64,000 nt of DNA from Gemmatimonadaceae bacterium. GTDB taxonomy: Bacteria; Gemmatimonadota; Gemmatimonadetes; Gemmatimonadales; Gemmatimonadaceae. The notes beneath the pieces were generated by a model that had not been told where the DNA came from, made no database searches, and was given only the letters and a program-made list of their open reading frames with translations. This document shows, in pieces, positions 18,812 to 28,166 of the stretch. The stretch spans positions 8 through 64,007 of the forward strand of contig DATJET010000199.1 of NCBI GenBank assembly GCA_035496295.1, in the 5' to 3' direction. The number at the start of each line of letters is the position of its first letter. The first letter of the stretch is position 1. The position numbers and the translations under genes are program-made.

Positions 18812-19738
18812 TCAATGGCGCGCGGTGTCCTTGGCGGCGGCGGCGCGCGTCCGATACGCGACATCCGGCGGCGCGTCGCCGTTAGGCCAATCATTTTCTT
18901 TGCCGGCGAAATCGGGACGTGGGCGCGATGTGACGAACGACGCGACGTCGAAGGCCTGTTGGTCGTCGAGCGAGCCGGGCCGATCGAACGGCATGTTGTA
19001 CCGGATGAAGCCCGCGGCGGTACGCAGGCGGCTCATGCCTGCGCCGATGTTGAACGACTCGCGTCCCCAGAGCGGCGGCGCGACGGCCGTGCCCTCGCCA
19101 TCGGCGCCGTGACACCGCGCGCACTGTACGCCGAAGATCGCGCGGCCGCGCGTGGTGTCCGCGGCGAGCGGCGTGAGCTTCGCGAGCCCCTGCCCTTCCA
19201 CGGCGGCACCCACCGGAACACCGCGCGACAGCCAGGCAAAGTAGACCACAATGTCGCGCATGTCGGAGCTGCCAACGGGCAGTGCGCGTCCGTTCAAACT
19301 GCGGCGGAAGCAGTCGTTGATGCGGTCTTCGATCGTGTAGGCCTTCGCGCTCCGCGCGTTGTACGTCGGGTACCGCGCGTAGACGCCGACGAACGGCGAC
19401 GCGTGCGCCCGGCGTCCGTCATCGAGGTGGCAGCTCACGCAACGAAGGCGGCTCGGCGCGAACGTGGGCAAACTGTCGCGCGTCGCTGTGAGCAGGGCGT
19501 GCCCGCGACCAATCGACGCGCCTAACGCACCCGGCGGGATCTCGCTGTCGTTCGGCGGCCGCAGCGGAACGACGAGCGCACGCGATGCCGCGGGAGCAGC
19601 GCCAGTGGCCGGCGCGGCCGCCGGCGTCTTTGCGCCGCCGGGTGGGTCAGATCCTCCACACGCCAGTGCCGATGCGGCCAGCATGCTCAGCCACACCGCG
19701 GGGCGGAGAAACCGACAGACCGGCAGGAGAGCACGCAT
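18812..19738 (-). CDS. tsdA: Dihaem c-type cytochrome, thiosulfate dehydrogenase (TsdA)-like; lipoprotein
   Basis: Two haem motifs, CVSCH and CARCH. Conserved Y..R......IEDRINDCFRRSLNG, PPLWG..SFN.GAGM and a PRP tail as in the TsdA/SoxA-like family. Lipobox ALAC. Confidence 0.65.
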   Translation of the reverse strand: MRALLPVCRFLRPAVWLSMLAASALACGGSDPPGGAKTPAAAPATGAAPAASRALVVPLRPPNDSEIPPGALGASIGRGHALLTATRDSLPTFAPSRLRCVSCHLDDGRRAHASPFVGVYARYPTYNARSAKAYTIEDRINDCFRRSLNGRALPVGSSDMRDIVVYFAWLSRGVPVGAAVEGQGLAKLTPLAADTTRGRAIFGVQCARCHGADGEGTAVAPPLWGRESFNIGAGMSRLRTAAGFIRYNMPFDRPGSLDDQQAFDVASFVTSRPRPDFAGKENDWPNGDAPPDVAYRTRAAAAKDTARH

Positions 19739-19860
19739 GCGCACCAATCTCGAATGAGCGCCACGGGCCGCCTCGCCACGCGGCGTGAGGACACTCGTGA
19801 CACCGTGCTGCCGATCCTAGTGCGACCTGGTTCAAAACGCCAGAGCGAGCGCGACCGATG

Positions 19861-21075
19861 TCAACTAACCGCCGACGCCACCCTCGCATCCTCCTGCAGC
19901 GCACTCGCTCGAGACGCGAGCTCCCAGCTAAAAGTACCGGCTTCACCGGGCTCCCGCCCGAAGTGGCCGTACGCGGCGGTCGGATAATAGATAGGCCGCA
20001 GCAACTCGAGATCGCGAATGATTCCATACGGCGTGAGGTCGAACGCCGAAGCGACGCGTGCCTCGAGCTCGGCGCGCGACAGCTCGGAGGTGCCGAACGT
20101 CTCGACCATCACCGAAACGGGTCGAGCTACGCCGATCGCATATGCCACCTGCACCTCGCAACGCTCGGCGAGGCCGGCCGCCACGACGTTCTTGGCAACC
20201 CAGCGAGCCGCGTATGCCGCGGAACGGTCGACCTTTGACGGGTCCTTGCCGCTAAACGCGCCCCCACCGTGACGTGCCGCGCCACCGTATGTGTCGACAA
20301 TGATCTTGCGCCCCGTTAGGCCGGTATCGGTTGCGGGTCCGCCTTCTGAAAAGGCACCGCTCGGGTTCACGAGCACGGTATCACGCCAGCCCGCCGGCAG
20401 CATCCACTCCGGAATGACCGCCGGGATGATCTGCTCGATCACGAACTCGCGAATCACCGGCTGCGTCACCGCTGGCGCATGCTGGGTGGAGACGACGATG
20501 CGCGTCACGTCGGTGGGACGCCCGTCGCGATATCTCACCGAGACCTGTGACTTGGCGTCGGGACGAATCCACCGCGCGTCGCCTGCCTTGCGACGGCGCG
20601 CGAGCTCTTCGACCAGGCCGTGCGCGTACGTGATCGCCGCGGGCATGAGCGAAGGCGTCTCGCGCGTCGCGTAGCCAAACATCAGCCCCTGATCTCCTGC
20701 GCCCTGTTGGTCTGCCGCCGTTTTCTTGTCGACCGCGGAACCGATTTCGGTGGATTGAGGCTGCAGGCGTACGTCGATGCGCGCGCTTGCGTGCCCGAAT
20801 CGCTCATCGAATCCGTCGTATCCCGTGTCGAGAATGACCTGACGCGCCAAGCGTTCGACTTCATCGCGATCCACCGTCGCGGCGCACCGCGTTTCACCGG
20901 CGATGCAAACAAAGTTGTGCGTCACCAGCACTTCACACGCCACGCGGGATTTCGGATCGCGCGAGAGGTGCAGATCGAGAACGGCATCGCTGATGCGATC
21001 GGCGAGCTTGTCCGGATGACCTTCGGACACGGACTCGCTGGAGAACACGAATGAATCGGAACGTGCGGGTGTCAT
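19861..21075 (-). CDS. metK: S-adenosylmethionine synthetase
   Basis: 404 aa from [34 protein letters not shown], with [12 protein letters not shown] and [25 protein letters not shown]. Confidence 0.95.
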   Translation of the reverse strand: MTPARSDSFVFSSESVSEGHPDKLADRISDAVLDLHLSRDPKSRVACEVLVTHNFVCIAGETRCAATVDRDEVERLARQVILDTGYDGFDERFGHASARIDVRLQPQSTEIGSAVDKKTAADQQGAGDQGLMFGYATRETPSLMPAAITYAHGLVEELARRRKAGDARWIRPDAKSQVSVRYRDGRPTDVTRIVVSTQHAPAVTQPVIREFVIEQIIPAVIPEWMLPAGWRDTVLVNPSGAFSEGGPATDTGLTGRKIIVDTYGGAARHGGGAFSGKDPSKVDRSAAYAARWVAKNVVAAGLAERCEVQVAYAIGVARPVSVMVETFGTSELSRAELEARVASAFDLTPYGIIRDLELLRPIYYPTAAYGHFGREPGEAGTFSWELASRASALQEDARVASAVS

Positions 21076-21114
21076 GAGCTGGCTCCTCGATGTGTGCAAG
21101 GCCGGCCACCGCGC

Positions 21115-21156
21115 ACAAAAACGAATAAGCCCGGTGGGCGGATACCGCCCCCGGGC
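21115..21156 (-). terminator. Intrinsic terminator/attenuator hairpin in the metK leader
   Basis: On the minus strand the RNA reads GCCCGGGGGCGG-UAU-CCGCCC(A)CCGGGC (12 bp with one bulge), followed by UUAUUCGUUUUUGU. It ends 40 nt upstream of the metK ATG. Confidence 0.6.
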
Positions 21157-21180
21157 TGTTTGCACAGATCAGGCGAGCGG

Positions 21181-21227
21181 TTTAGCGGAATTTCTTACGC
21201 GGCCGCAATCGCTTCAAATCGCCGCGG
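21181..21227 (-). ncRNA. SAM-II (SAM-alpha)-like riboswitch aptamer candidate
   Basis: RNA sequence CCGCGGC-GAUUUGAAGCGAUUGCG-GCCGCG-UAAGAAAUUCCGCUAAA. P1 is CGCGGC/GCCGCG around a 17-nt loop carrying GAUUU and AUUGC. The 3' GCUAAA can pair with UUGC to form an H-type pseudoknot. This is the layout of SAM-II aptamers as I recall them, and it sits upstream of metK. Confidence 0.5.
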
Positions 21228-21266
21228 AACTTTGTGCCCGTAAGTTCGCCGGGCTGTCCGGCGCTG

Positions 21267-22607
21267 TCAACGTGTCAATGGAAGTCGCACGTGGAACACG
21301 CTGCCCTGGCCCAGCGCGCTCTCAACACCGATCGATCCGCCCAAAAGCACCAACAATTGACGCGACACGCTGAGGCCCAGTCCGGTGCCACCTGCGCGGC
21401 GCGTGGAGTGCTGTTCGACCTGGCTGAACGGTTCGAAGATGTGATCGAGATGTTCGGCCGCGATGCCGATGCCGGTGTCCCGTACGTCGATCATGAGATC
21501 ATCGCCGGCAGCACGCGCGGACATCGTGACCTGCCCGCGCTCGGTGAACTTGATGGCGTTCGACAGCAGATTCACGAGCACTTGCTGGAGCTTCATGCAG
21601 TCCGTCGTCGTCGACAGGTCCCCGTTGCCGAGCGCCGGGACGGGCTCGACGACTACGGGTAGTGATTTGGCGGTAGCGAGTGGTGCGACCAACGCAGCGG
21701 CAGAGTCGAGAATCGTAGCGACGCGAACGAGCTCGAGCTTGACGCTCTCGCGTCCCGCTTCGAGGCGCGAAAATGTGAGCAGCTCGTCGATTAGAGCGAG
21801 GAGGTGCAACGCACTCGCCTCGATGCGGGACAAGTGCTGCCGTTGCAGCTCCGTGACTGGACCGCTGATCCCGTCGGCCAATAGCTCCTGATAGCCGAGT
21901 ATCGACGTGAGCGGCGTGCGCAGCTCGTGACTCATCACGGCAAGAAAATCACCCTTTGCGCGCATGGCGGACTCGGCTTCGAGGCGAGCGCGCTGCTCGG
22001 CCGAAAACAGACGAGCGCGCTCGAGCGACTGCGCGCACTGCGCGGCAAACGCGAGCAGCATCGCACGTTCTTCCGGTGAGAACGAGCGATCTTCGGGGAA
22101 GTTGAAGCTGACGACGCCGCGCAGACGGCCGCCGAACACCAGCGGAAGTCCGGCATATGCGGCGAGATGCACCTGACCGATGATCGGCGCGACGCGCGGA
22201 TAGTGCTGCGCCCACTCGGAGAATGAATCGAGGAAGACGGGTGCGGCGCTGCGCACGACATCGCCACCCGGCGTTCCCGTGTCGACCGGATATCGCATCC
22301 ACGAGCGAACGAGGTGCTCGGGGTAGCCCATCCAACAGAGGACGCGAAACGTGCGGTCGTCGTCGTCCAGGAGGACGACGTCGCCTGCCGTCGCGCCGAA
22401 GGCGGGCAGCGCCTCGCGCAAGACGACGGCACCGACCTGCTCCTCACTCAGCGTGCTCGAAAGCGCCGCGGTGAGGTGTTGCAGCGTCGCCGCTTGAACG
22501 GCCGCGCGACGAGCGATCGCGAGTAGCTGGACGGGGTCGTCGCTGAACTCGTCCATGACTACCGGGTCAACCCGATCCGATGCCGTGCGCTGCCGTGGTC
22601 CGGTCAC
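21267..22607 (-). CDS. Cytoplasmic GAF-domain sensor histidine kinase
   Basis: N-terminal GAF-like region. HisKA segment FLAVMSHELRTPLTSILGY. HATPase_c segments NLLSNAIKFT, DTGIGI and GGTGLGLS. Confidence 0.85.
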   Translation of the reverse strand: MTGPRQRTASDRVDPVVMDEFSDDPVQLLAIARRAAVQAATLQHLTAALSSTLSEEQVGAVVLREALPAFGATAGDVVLLDDDDRTFRVLCWMGYPEHLVRSWMRYPVDTGTPGGDVVRSAAPVFLDSFSEWAQHYPRVAPIIGQVHLAAYAGLPLVFGGRLRGVVSFNFPEDRSFSPEERAMLLAFAAQCAQSLERARLFSAEQRARLEAESAMRAKGDFLAVMSHELRTPLTSILGYQELLADGISGPVTELQRQHLSRIEASALHLLALIDELLTFSRLEAGRESVKLELVRVATILDSAAALVAPLATAKSLPVVVEPVPALGNGDLSTTTDCMKLQQVLVNLLSNAIKFTERGQVTMSARAAGDDLMIDVRDTGIGIAAEHLDHIFEPFSQVEQHSTRRAGGTGLGLSVSRQLLVLLGGSIGVESALGQGSVFHVRLPLTR

Positions 22608-22746
22608 GAACGGCGTTGGTCACGATGTGCCACATTGTGAGAAAGAATATACCCTGCACCGCCGGTAACGCATCGGCCGTGCATCGCGTCGCGCTTTCCG
22701 CTGTCGCGCGAACAGGATAGCTTCCGCGCTCCTTCAGACTGACTCG

Positions 22747-24015
22747 GTGGCGACCGACTCTCACGATCCGTACGCGGCGCTGCGCGTGCGCGACTTCCGA
22801 CTGTTTTTGGCCGGTCGTATGCTCTCCACGACCGGCCAACAGATGTTGGACGTCGCCATCGGTTGGGAACTGTACGAGCGAACGCACTCGGCACTGGCGT
22901 TGGGACTCGTTGGGCTGGTGCTCGTCGCGCCGATCGTGGCGCTCGCCCTGCCCTCCGGTCATTTGGCGGACCGGCACGAGCGACGGGGCATCGTACTCGC
23001 GACACAGCTCGTGCTGGCTCTGTGCTCGCTTGTGCTTGCGGGCCTGTCGTTCGGCCGCGGACCGGTGCCTCTCGTGTACGTGGCGTTGTTCGTCATCGGG
23101 ATCGCGCTGGCGTTCAACCGGCCGGCGACGGCCGCGATGTTGCCGCAGCTCGTAGCCGCGGATGATTTCGCCAACGCGGTGACGTGGAACAGCAGCGGGT
23201 TTCAGATCGCGTCAGTGGTGGGGCCTGCGTTAGGCGGCGCCATCATCGGCATCCGGCATCGCGCCGGGCCGGTGTACATCGTGGATGCGGCGCTCGCGCT
23301 GGCGTTCCTCGTGTGCGTGTGGGCGATCCGGGCGCGGCGCGTCGAACAGTCCGGAGAGTCGAAGGCCGTGACCGCGTCGAGCCTCGTGGCGGGCGTGGTC
23401 TACGTGTGGCGCACGAAGGTGATTCTCGCGGCCATCACGATGGACCTGTTCGCGGTGCTCTTCGGTGGCGCAACGACGCTGCTGCCGATCTTCGCGAAGG
23501 ACATCCTGCACGTGGGACCCGCGGGCTTCGGTTGGTTGCGCGCGGCACCTTCGATCGGAGCGTTCGCGATGGCGATCGCGATCACACATCGGCCTCCAAT
23601 GCGGCGTGCTGGACGCAGCCTGCTCCTGGCTGTGGCGGGGTTTGGCGCGGCGACGATCGGATTCGGGCTGTCGCGATCATTCGCCCTGTCGATGGCGCTC
23701 TTGCTGATCGCGGGAGGCCTGGACAACATCAGCGTGGTGGTGCGGCACACGCTGGTCCAGCTGCGCACGCCGGACGCGATGCGCGGCCGGGTGTCGGCGG
23801 TGAACGGCGTGTTCATCGATACGTCGAACGAGTTAGGCGGATTCGAATCCGGCGTGACGGCGGCGTGGCTGGGGCCGGTGGCATCCGTCGTCGCAGGCGG
23901 CATCATCACGATTCTCGTCGTGCTCGCGGTGGCACGGTTGTGGCCGGAGTTGCGCGAGATGGGGAATCTCGCCGCCGAAGATTGGGGACCGGAGCTCGAG
24001 GCGGGTAACGGCTAA
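22747..24015 (+). CDS. MFS transporter (EntS/MFS_3-like)
   Basis: GTG start. N-terminus ALRVRDFRLFLAGRMLSTTGQQM is typical of the ENTS/DUF894 MFS family. 12 TM segments. Confidence 0.75.
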   Translation: MATDSHDPYAALRVRDFRLFLAGRMLSTTGQQMLDVAIGWELYERTHSALALGLVGLVLVAPIVALALPSGHLADRHERRGIVLATQLVLALCSLVLAGLSFGRGPVPLVYVALFVIGIALAFNRPATAAMLPQLVAADDFANAVTWNSSGFQIASVVGPALGGAIIGIRHRAGPVYIVDAALALAFLVCVWAIRARRVEQSGESKAVTASSLVAGVVYVWRTKVILAAITMDLFAVLFGGATTLLPIFAKDILHVGPAGFGWLRAAPSIGAFAMAIAITHRPPMRRAGRSLLLAVAGFGAATIGFGLSRSFALSMALLLIAGGLDNISVVVRHTLVQLRTPDAMRGRVSAVNGVFIDTSNELGGFESGVTAAWLGPVASVVAGGIITILVVLAVARLWPELREMGNLAAEDWGPELEAGNG

Positions 24016-24028
24016 CGAGGACGGTGCG

Positions 24029-24391
24029 ATGCGCTTTCTCATCCGGCTGATCATCACCGCGGCGGCGCTGTGGGTGGCGACGCGCGTCATCACCGGCATC
24101 AGCTACCAGGGCGGCTGGCTCGGGCTGCTCGGCGTTGCACTGGTGTTCGGCGTGTTGAATGCGATCGTGCGCCCGGTGCTCAAGTTCTTCACGTTTCCGC
24201 TGTTCCTGATCACGTTGGGCTTGTTCACGTTCGTGCTCAACGCGTTCATGCTGTGGCTCGCGAGTCCTGTGGCGGCAGCATTCGGCTTGCGCTTCCAGGT
24301 TCGCGGATTCGCGGCCGCATTCTGGGGCGCGTTGGTGGTGAGCGTCGTGAGCTTCCTGCTGTCGATGCTGATTCCGGACCGCGAGGAATAG
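24029..24391 (+). CDS. Small membrane protein, phage-holin-4_2/DUF360 (YvlD-like) family
   Basis: 120 aa with 4 TM segments, beginning MRFLIRLIITAAALWVA..FGVLNAIVRPVLKFFTFPLFLITLGLF, as in this family. Confidence 0.7.
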   Translation: MRFLIRLIITAAALWVATRVITGISYQGGWLGLLGVALVFGVLNAIVRPVLKFFTFPLFLITLGLFTFVLNAFMLWLASPVAAAFGLRFQVRGFAAAFWGALVVSVVSFLLSMLIPDREE

Positions 24392-24393
24392 CG

Positions 24394-25548
24394 TTAGAGA
24401 CGCGCGGCCACGTCGACCGGGATGCCGCCGTTCGCGGTGTGCAGCAGCGGGCGCAGCGCGACGCCGGTCTCTTTGCCTAACGATCGATCGGCGAGCATCA
24501 CCACGGCGCGCCAGTCGCGGGCGTCGGTGCGCAGCAGCCGCCCCAGTTGAGCATAGACGTCGCGGGCGCCATCGCGGTCCCCGACGCGGACACCGTAGGG
24601 CGGGTTGGTGACGATCCAGCCTGTTGTCTCGGGCAGCGCGACCGAGGTGACCGGCTGCTGTGTGAACGCGATATTACCGGCGACGCCGGCGCGATCGGCG
24701 TTGTCGCGTGCAGCGGCGATCGCGCCGGCGTCGCGATCGGAACCGTAGATGACGGCTGGCGCCGCGGGCGACGCGGCGTCGAGCGCCGCGTCGACCAAGC
24801 GGCGCCAGCCCGGGGCCGAGAATTCCGGCCAGCTCTCGAACGCGAAGCGGCGATGCGCGCCTGGGGGAAGGCGCCGCGCGACGAGCGCCGCCTCGATCGG
24901 GATGGTGCCCGATCCGCAGAACGGGTCGACTAACGGTGCGCGCACGTCCCAGCCGCAAGCGAGGATCATGGCCGCGGCCAGGGTCTCCCGCATGGGCGCC
25001 TTCGCGGTGCGCAATCGATATCCGCGCCGGTGCAGCAACTCGCCCGACGTGTCGGCGCTGATCAGACACGTGTCGTGCGCGATGCGGACGATGACTAACG
25101 CATGCGAGGCAGCGGCGGGTGCGTCGTCGTGCGGCGCGGCTCCGGCGAACGTGACGCCCGGGACGCGGGCGGCGATGGCGCCGGCCACGCGCTCGGCGAT
25201 CGCACCGGTGTGATAGAGGCGCGACTTGTGCGCGGTGACGCGTACGCGAACCACGCTGCCCGGTGGGACGAACGGATCCCACGGCAGCGTGCGGGCGCGC
25301 CGCTCGAGCTCGCCTAACGCACGGGCGCGGAAGGAGCCGAGGCGGACGACCACGCGGCTGGCGGTGCGGAGCCAGAGGTTGGCGCGCCAGACGGCCTCGA
25401 TGCCGCCGCGAAACGAAACACCGCCGGGGTCGGTTGCGTGCGGCGCGAGGGACAGCGACGCGAGCTCACCGGCGACGAGCGACTCGAGTCCGGGAGCACA
25501 GATCGCGAACAGCTCGAGCGACGCGCGCCGCGAGCTACCGGCGGACAC
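24394..25548 (-). CDS. THUMP-domain class I SAM-dependent RNA methyltransferase (RlmL/UPF0020-like)
   Basis: Contains DPFCGSGTIPIEAAL (SAM site) and NPPYGVRVG (catalytic NPPY motif). Confidence 0.8.
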   Translation of the reverse strand: MSAGSSRRASLELFAICAPGLESLVAGELASLSLAPHATDPGGVSFRGGIEAVWRANLWLRTASRVVVRLGSFRARALGELERRARTLPWDPFVPPGSVVRVRVTAHKSRLYHTGAIAERVAGAIAARVPGVTFAGAAPHDDAPAAASHALVIVRIAHDTCLISADTSGELLHRRGYRLRTAKAPMRETLAAAMILACGWDVRAPLVDPFCGSGTIPIEAALVARRLPPGAHRRFAFESWPEFSAPGWRRLVDAALDAASPAAPAVIYGSDRDAGAIAAARDNADRAGVAGNIAFTQQPVTSVALPETTGWIVTNPPYGVRVGDRDGARDVYAQLGRLLRTDARDWRAVVMLADRSLGKETGVALRPLLHTANGGIPVDVAARL

Positions 25549-26248
25549 GTGCCGTCTTGCGAGTCGATCTGGTGCGACGCCGCGGTGTCTTTTTCACCGG
25601 CGCAGGCGTGGCCTTGCGCGCGCGACGCTTCTTGGGTGTCGCGCGCGCAGCAGGCAGCTCGAGACTCCTCCACAAGTACCAGCACGCGATGGTACGGTGG
25701 GGTGCCCACGCGGCGCCGATTGCGAGTACGCGATCGCTGTTAGGCATCCGCCGCAGACGGTACGCGAGCTGGATCGCCTTGCGGATGCCGAGATCGAGGT
25801 CAGGCAATACGTCCGGCCGCCCGAGACGAAACATCAAGAACATGTGCGCGGTCCACCGGCCGATGCCTTTGACTCGCGTGAGTGCCGCGATGATGTCGTC
25901 GTCGGCGAGCTCGTGCAGACGATCGACGGGCAGGTCGCCCGTATGCACACGTTGCGCCAGGTCGCGGAGGTATCCGATCTTCTGGCGAGAGAGTCCGGCC
26001 GAACGCAGTTGGTCGTCGGTGGCAGTTAGCAGGCTCTCGGCGGATGGTTTGCCCTCGAAGAGCGCGACGACGCGGCCGTGGATGGTCGCAGCGGCGCGTC
26101 CAGAAAGCTGTTGGTAGACGATGGCCCGCAGGATGTGGTCGAAGTGCGATCCTTCGCCGCGGGCGGCGAACCGACAGGGGCCGACGTCGGCCATGACACG
26201 GGCGAGCACGGGGTCGCGGCGCAGATGGGTGACAGCGTGGTCGTGCAT
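25535..26248 (-). CDS. DNA-3-methyladenine glycosylase II (AlkA-like, HhH-GPD) with Lys/Arg-rich C-terminal tail
   Basis: Contains QQLSGRAAATI and GIGRWTAHMFLMFRLGRPDVLPDLDLGIRKA. The tail is ATPKKRRARKATPAPVKKTPRRRTRSTRKTARVRR and overlaps the next gene's start by 14 nt. Confidence 0.8.
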   Translation of the reverse strand: MHDHAVTHLRRDPVLARVMADVGPCRFAARGEGSHFDHILRAIVYQQLSGRAAATIHGRVVALFEGKPSAESLLTATDDQLRSAGLSRQKIGYLRDLAQRVHTGDLPVDRLHELADDDIIAALTRVKGIGRWTAHMFLMFRLGRPDVLPDLDLGIRKAIQLAYRLRRMPNSDRVLAIGAAWAPHRTIACWYLWRSLELPAARATPKKRRARKATPAPVKKTPRRRTRSTRKTARVRR

Positions 26249-26414
26249 GGGCTGGAATCTATGTCACAGTGGAATTGCGAGGCGAGGCGGCATCCTTCAC
26301 GAATGGAACTTGGCGGCGCAAGTGGTGCTAGTCAGCTAGATTCGAAACATGCGCGGGCCCGCTTTGGGGGCGTACGCGGCGCGCGCCGACTTCTACCAAC
26401 ACGGAAACCGCACC

Positions 26415-28124
26415 ATGCGAGTGACAGACTACGCGGCTATCGCCGCGCTTGCCGCCGCCACCGCGTGCGGCTCCTCGACCACGCAACCGCACAACGGGAA
26501 CGCCCCGTGTCCGAGTGGGTCGCAGAAGACCACGGTATCGCTCGCGGTTGGCGGCGTGCAGGCAGTGACGACGCCCGCGGCGCTCGACTGTGTGTCGTTA
26601 GCCACAACGGACGGTGGGACCGGAACGTTCCTGGTGGTCGCCGGCAACGCCGACACGGAACCGGATGTCACGGGCACGTACAATCTGGCGGTGGCAACGC
26701 CGACGTCGGCGGACATCGTGGCCGGCGATCGGTCGCGATCGGCCGCGATCGCGTCGCCCGAGCTACAGGGCGCGTACAGCTCGATTGCGGAAGGGCGCGT
26801 CCGCGCGATGGAGCGGCGCGTGCTGCTGGACAATCCCGTGGCGGTGCGCGAGGCGTCCTCGTTCATGCGACGGGCGACCAGCCGTGTGCGCGCCGAGGCT
26901 GTCCCTGCGGTCGGGGACACGTTGACGTTCAACGTGCCTAACGCAAATGCGACGAATGCGTGCCAGACGTTCACGGCGCAGCGCGCGGTGGTGAAGACGG
27001 TGGGCACGCACGGCATCATCGTGCAGGACATCACGGCGCCGTCGGGTGGATTCAGTGCCGCCGCGTTCGATTCGATCGCGGCCGAATTCGACCAGATCAT
27101 CTATCCGGCGGATACGGTGCATTTCGGCCAGCCTTCGGACATCGACGGCAACGGACACGTGTTCCTGCTGTTCACGCCGCAAGTGAACGCGGCGACGAAG
27201 CGCGGATCGAACAGCATTCTCGAGGGATTTTTCTTCGTTGGCGACCTGTTCGCGACAACGAGCTGCGCCGAGAGCAACCAATCCGAGCTGTTCTATCTGC
27301 TGACGCCCGATCCGGCGGGGAAGTTCAGCGATGTGCGATCGACCGCATCGGTGCGCCAGGACATTCGCGGCACGATTGCGCACGAGTTCCAGCACATGAT
27401 CAATGCCGGAGTGCGGCTGAGCACGGCCGCGCCGGATGAGGCCACGTGGTTGAACGAGGGCCTGTCGCACTTCGCGGAGGAGTTGGTCGGGCGCGCCGAG
27501 GACAACTTTACGGATACGCAGAAACTGAAGATCAACGATGTGGCGGACTTCCCGAGCCTCAACAACTTCGACGCCTTCTTCGGTCAGAACATGGCGCGCT
27601 TGCGGGAGTTCATGTTGAAGCCTAGTGCGTTAGGCGCGACGAGCGGGCACGCGGACACGTCGCTCGCGGTGCGGGGCGCGGCGTGGTCGCTGCTGCGGTA
27701 TTCGGCGGACCACTACGCGAACGGGAACGTCGCGGGGTTCACGCGGGCACTGGTGGCCGGGCCGGACACGGGCGTCGCGAATCTGGTAGCGCGCGCGGGG
27801 ACGTCGTTCGATTCGGTCGCGGCGGGATGGCTGCCGGCGCTGTACACGAGCGACGACAGCATCGCGAATCTCCCGGACCGGTACACGTTTCTCAGCTGGA
27901 ACGTTCGCAGCATCGAGGCGGCGGTGAATCAAGGCGTGTTCCCGCTGGTAGCGCCCACCGTATCGGCAGGGAATGCGGCGCCGGGCAGCGTGTCGTCGGC
28001 GAGCGCGAACTACTATATCGTCGGCGTGCCCGCGTCGGCAGGCGAGCTGCTGGGCGAGCTCGCGCCTAACGGAGGGGCGGTCACCTACCCGGGCGCGCGA
28101 TTCTATCTCGTCCGATTGCAGTGA
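26415..28124 (+). CDS. Secreted lipoprotein, M30 (hyicolysin)-like zinc metallopeptidase
   Basis: Lipobox AATACGSS. HExxH motif in the context GTIAHEFQHMINAG, which is typical of peptidase family M30. Confidence 0.6.
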   Translation: MRVTDYAAIAALAAATACGSSTTQPHNGNAPCPSGSQKTTVSLAVGGVQAVTTPAALDCVSLATTDGGTGTFLVVAGNADTEPDVTGTYNLAVATPTSADIVAGDRSRSAAIASPELQGAYSSIAEGRVRAMERRVLLDNPVAVREASSFMRRATSRVRAEAVPAVGDTLTFNVPNANATNACQTFTAQRAVVKTVGTHGIIVQDITAPSGGFSAAAFDSIAAEFDQIIYPADTVHFGQPSDIDGNGHVFLLFTPQVNAATKRGSNSILEGFFFVGDLFATTSCAESNQSELFYLLTPDPAGKFSDVRSTASVRQDIRGTIAHEFQHMINAGVRLSTAAPDEATWLNEGLSHFAEELVGRAEDNFTDTQKLKINDVADFPSLNNFDAFFGQNMARLREFMLKPSALGATSGHADTSLAVRGAAWSLLRYSADHYANGNVAGFTRALVAGPDTGVANLVARAGTSFDSVAAGWLPALYTSDDSIANLPDRYTFLSWNVRSIEAAVNQGVFPLVAPTVSAGNAAPGSVSSASANYYIVGVPASAGELLGELAPNGGAVTYPGARFYLVRLQ

Positions 28125-28166
28125 CGACACGGCAATCGAACGGCCGATGACCGGCGCACCGGTGCG

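Noticed and set aside
20322-23228. A 2.9-kb stretch (metK 5' half, GAF kinase) and a second 2.8-kb stretch (37555-40323: flgM, bEBP, fliA 5' end) lack any GTTAGGC copy. This could suggest recently acquired DNA.
   Set aside because: With a mean spacing of about 0.7 kb, a Poisson model gives P(gap>2.8 kb) of about 0.02 per interval. Among 90 intervals, one or two such gaps are expected by chance. I also saw no compositional shift or mobility genes there.
24029-24391. The 'phage holin family' protein could indicate a prophage.
   Set aside because: DUF360/holin-4_2 proteins are common chromosomal membrane proteins. No other phage-like gene (integrase, terminase, capsid, lysin) is nearby.
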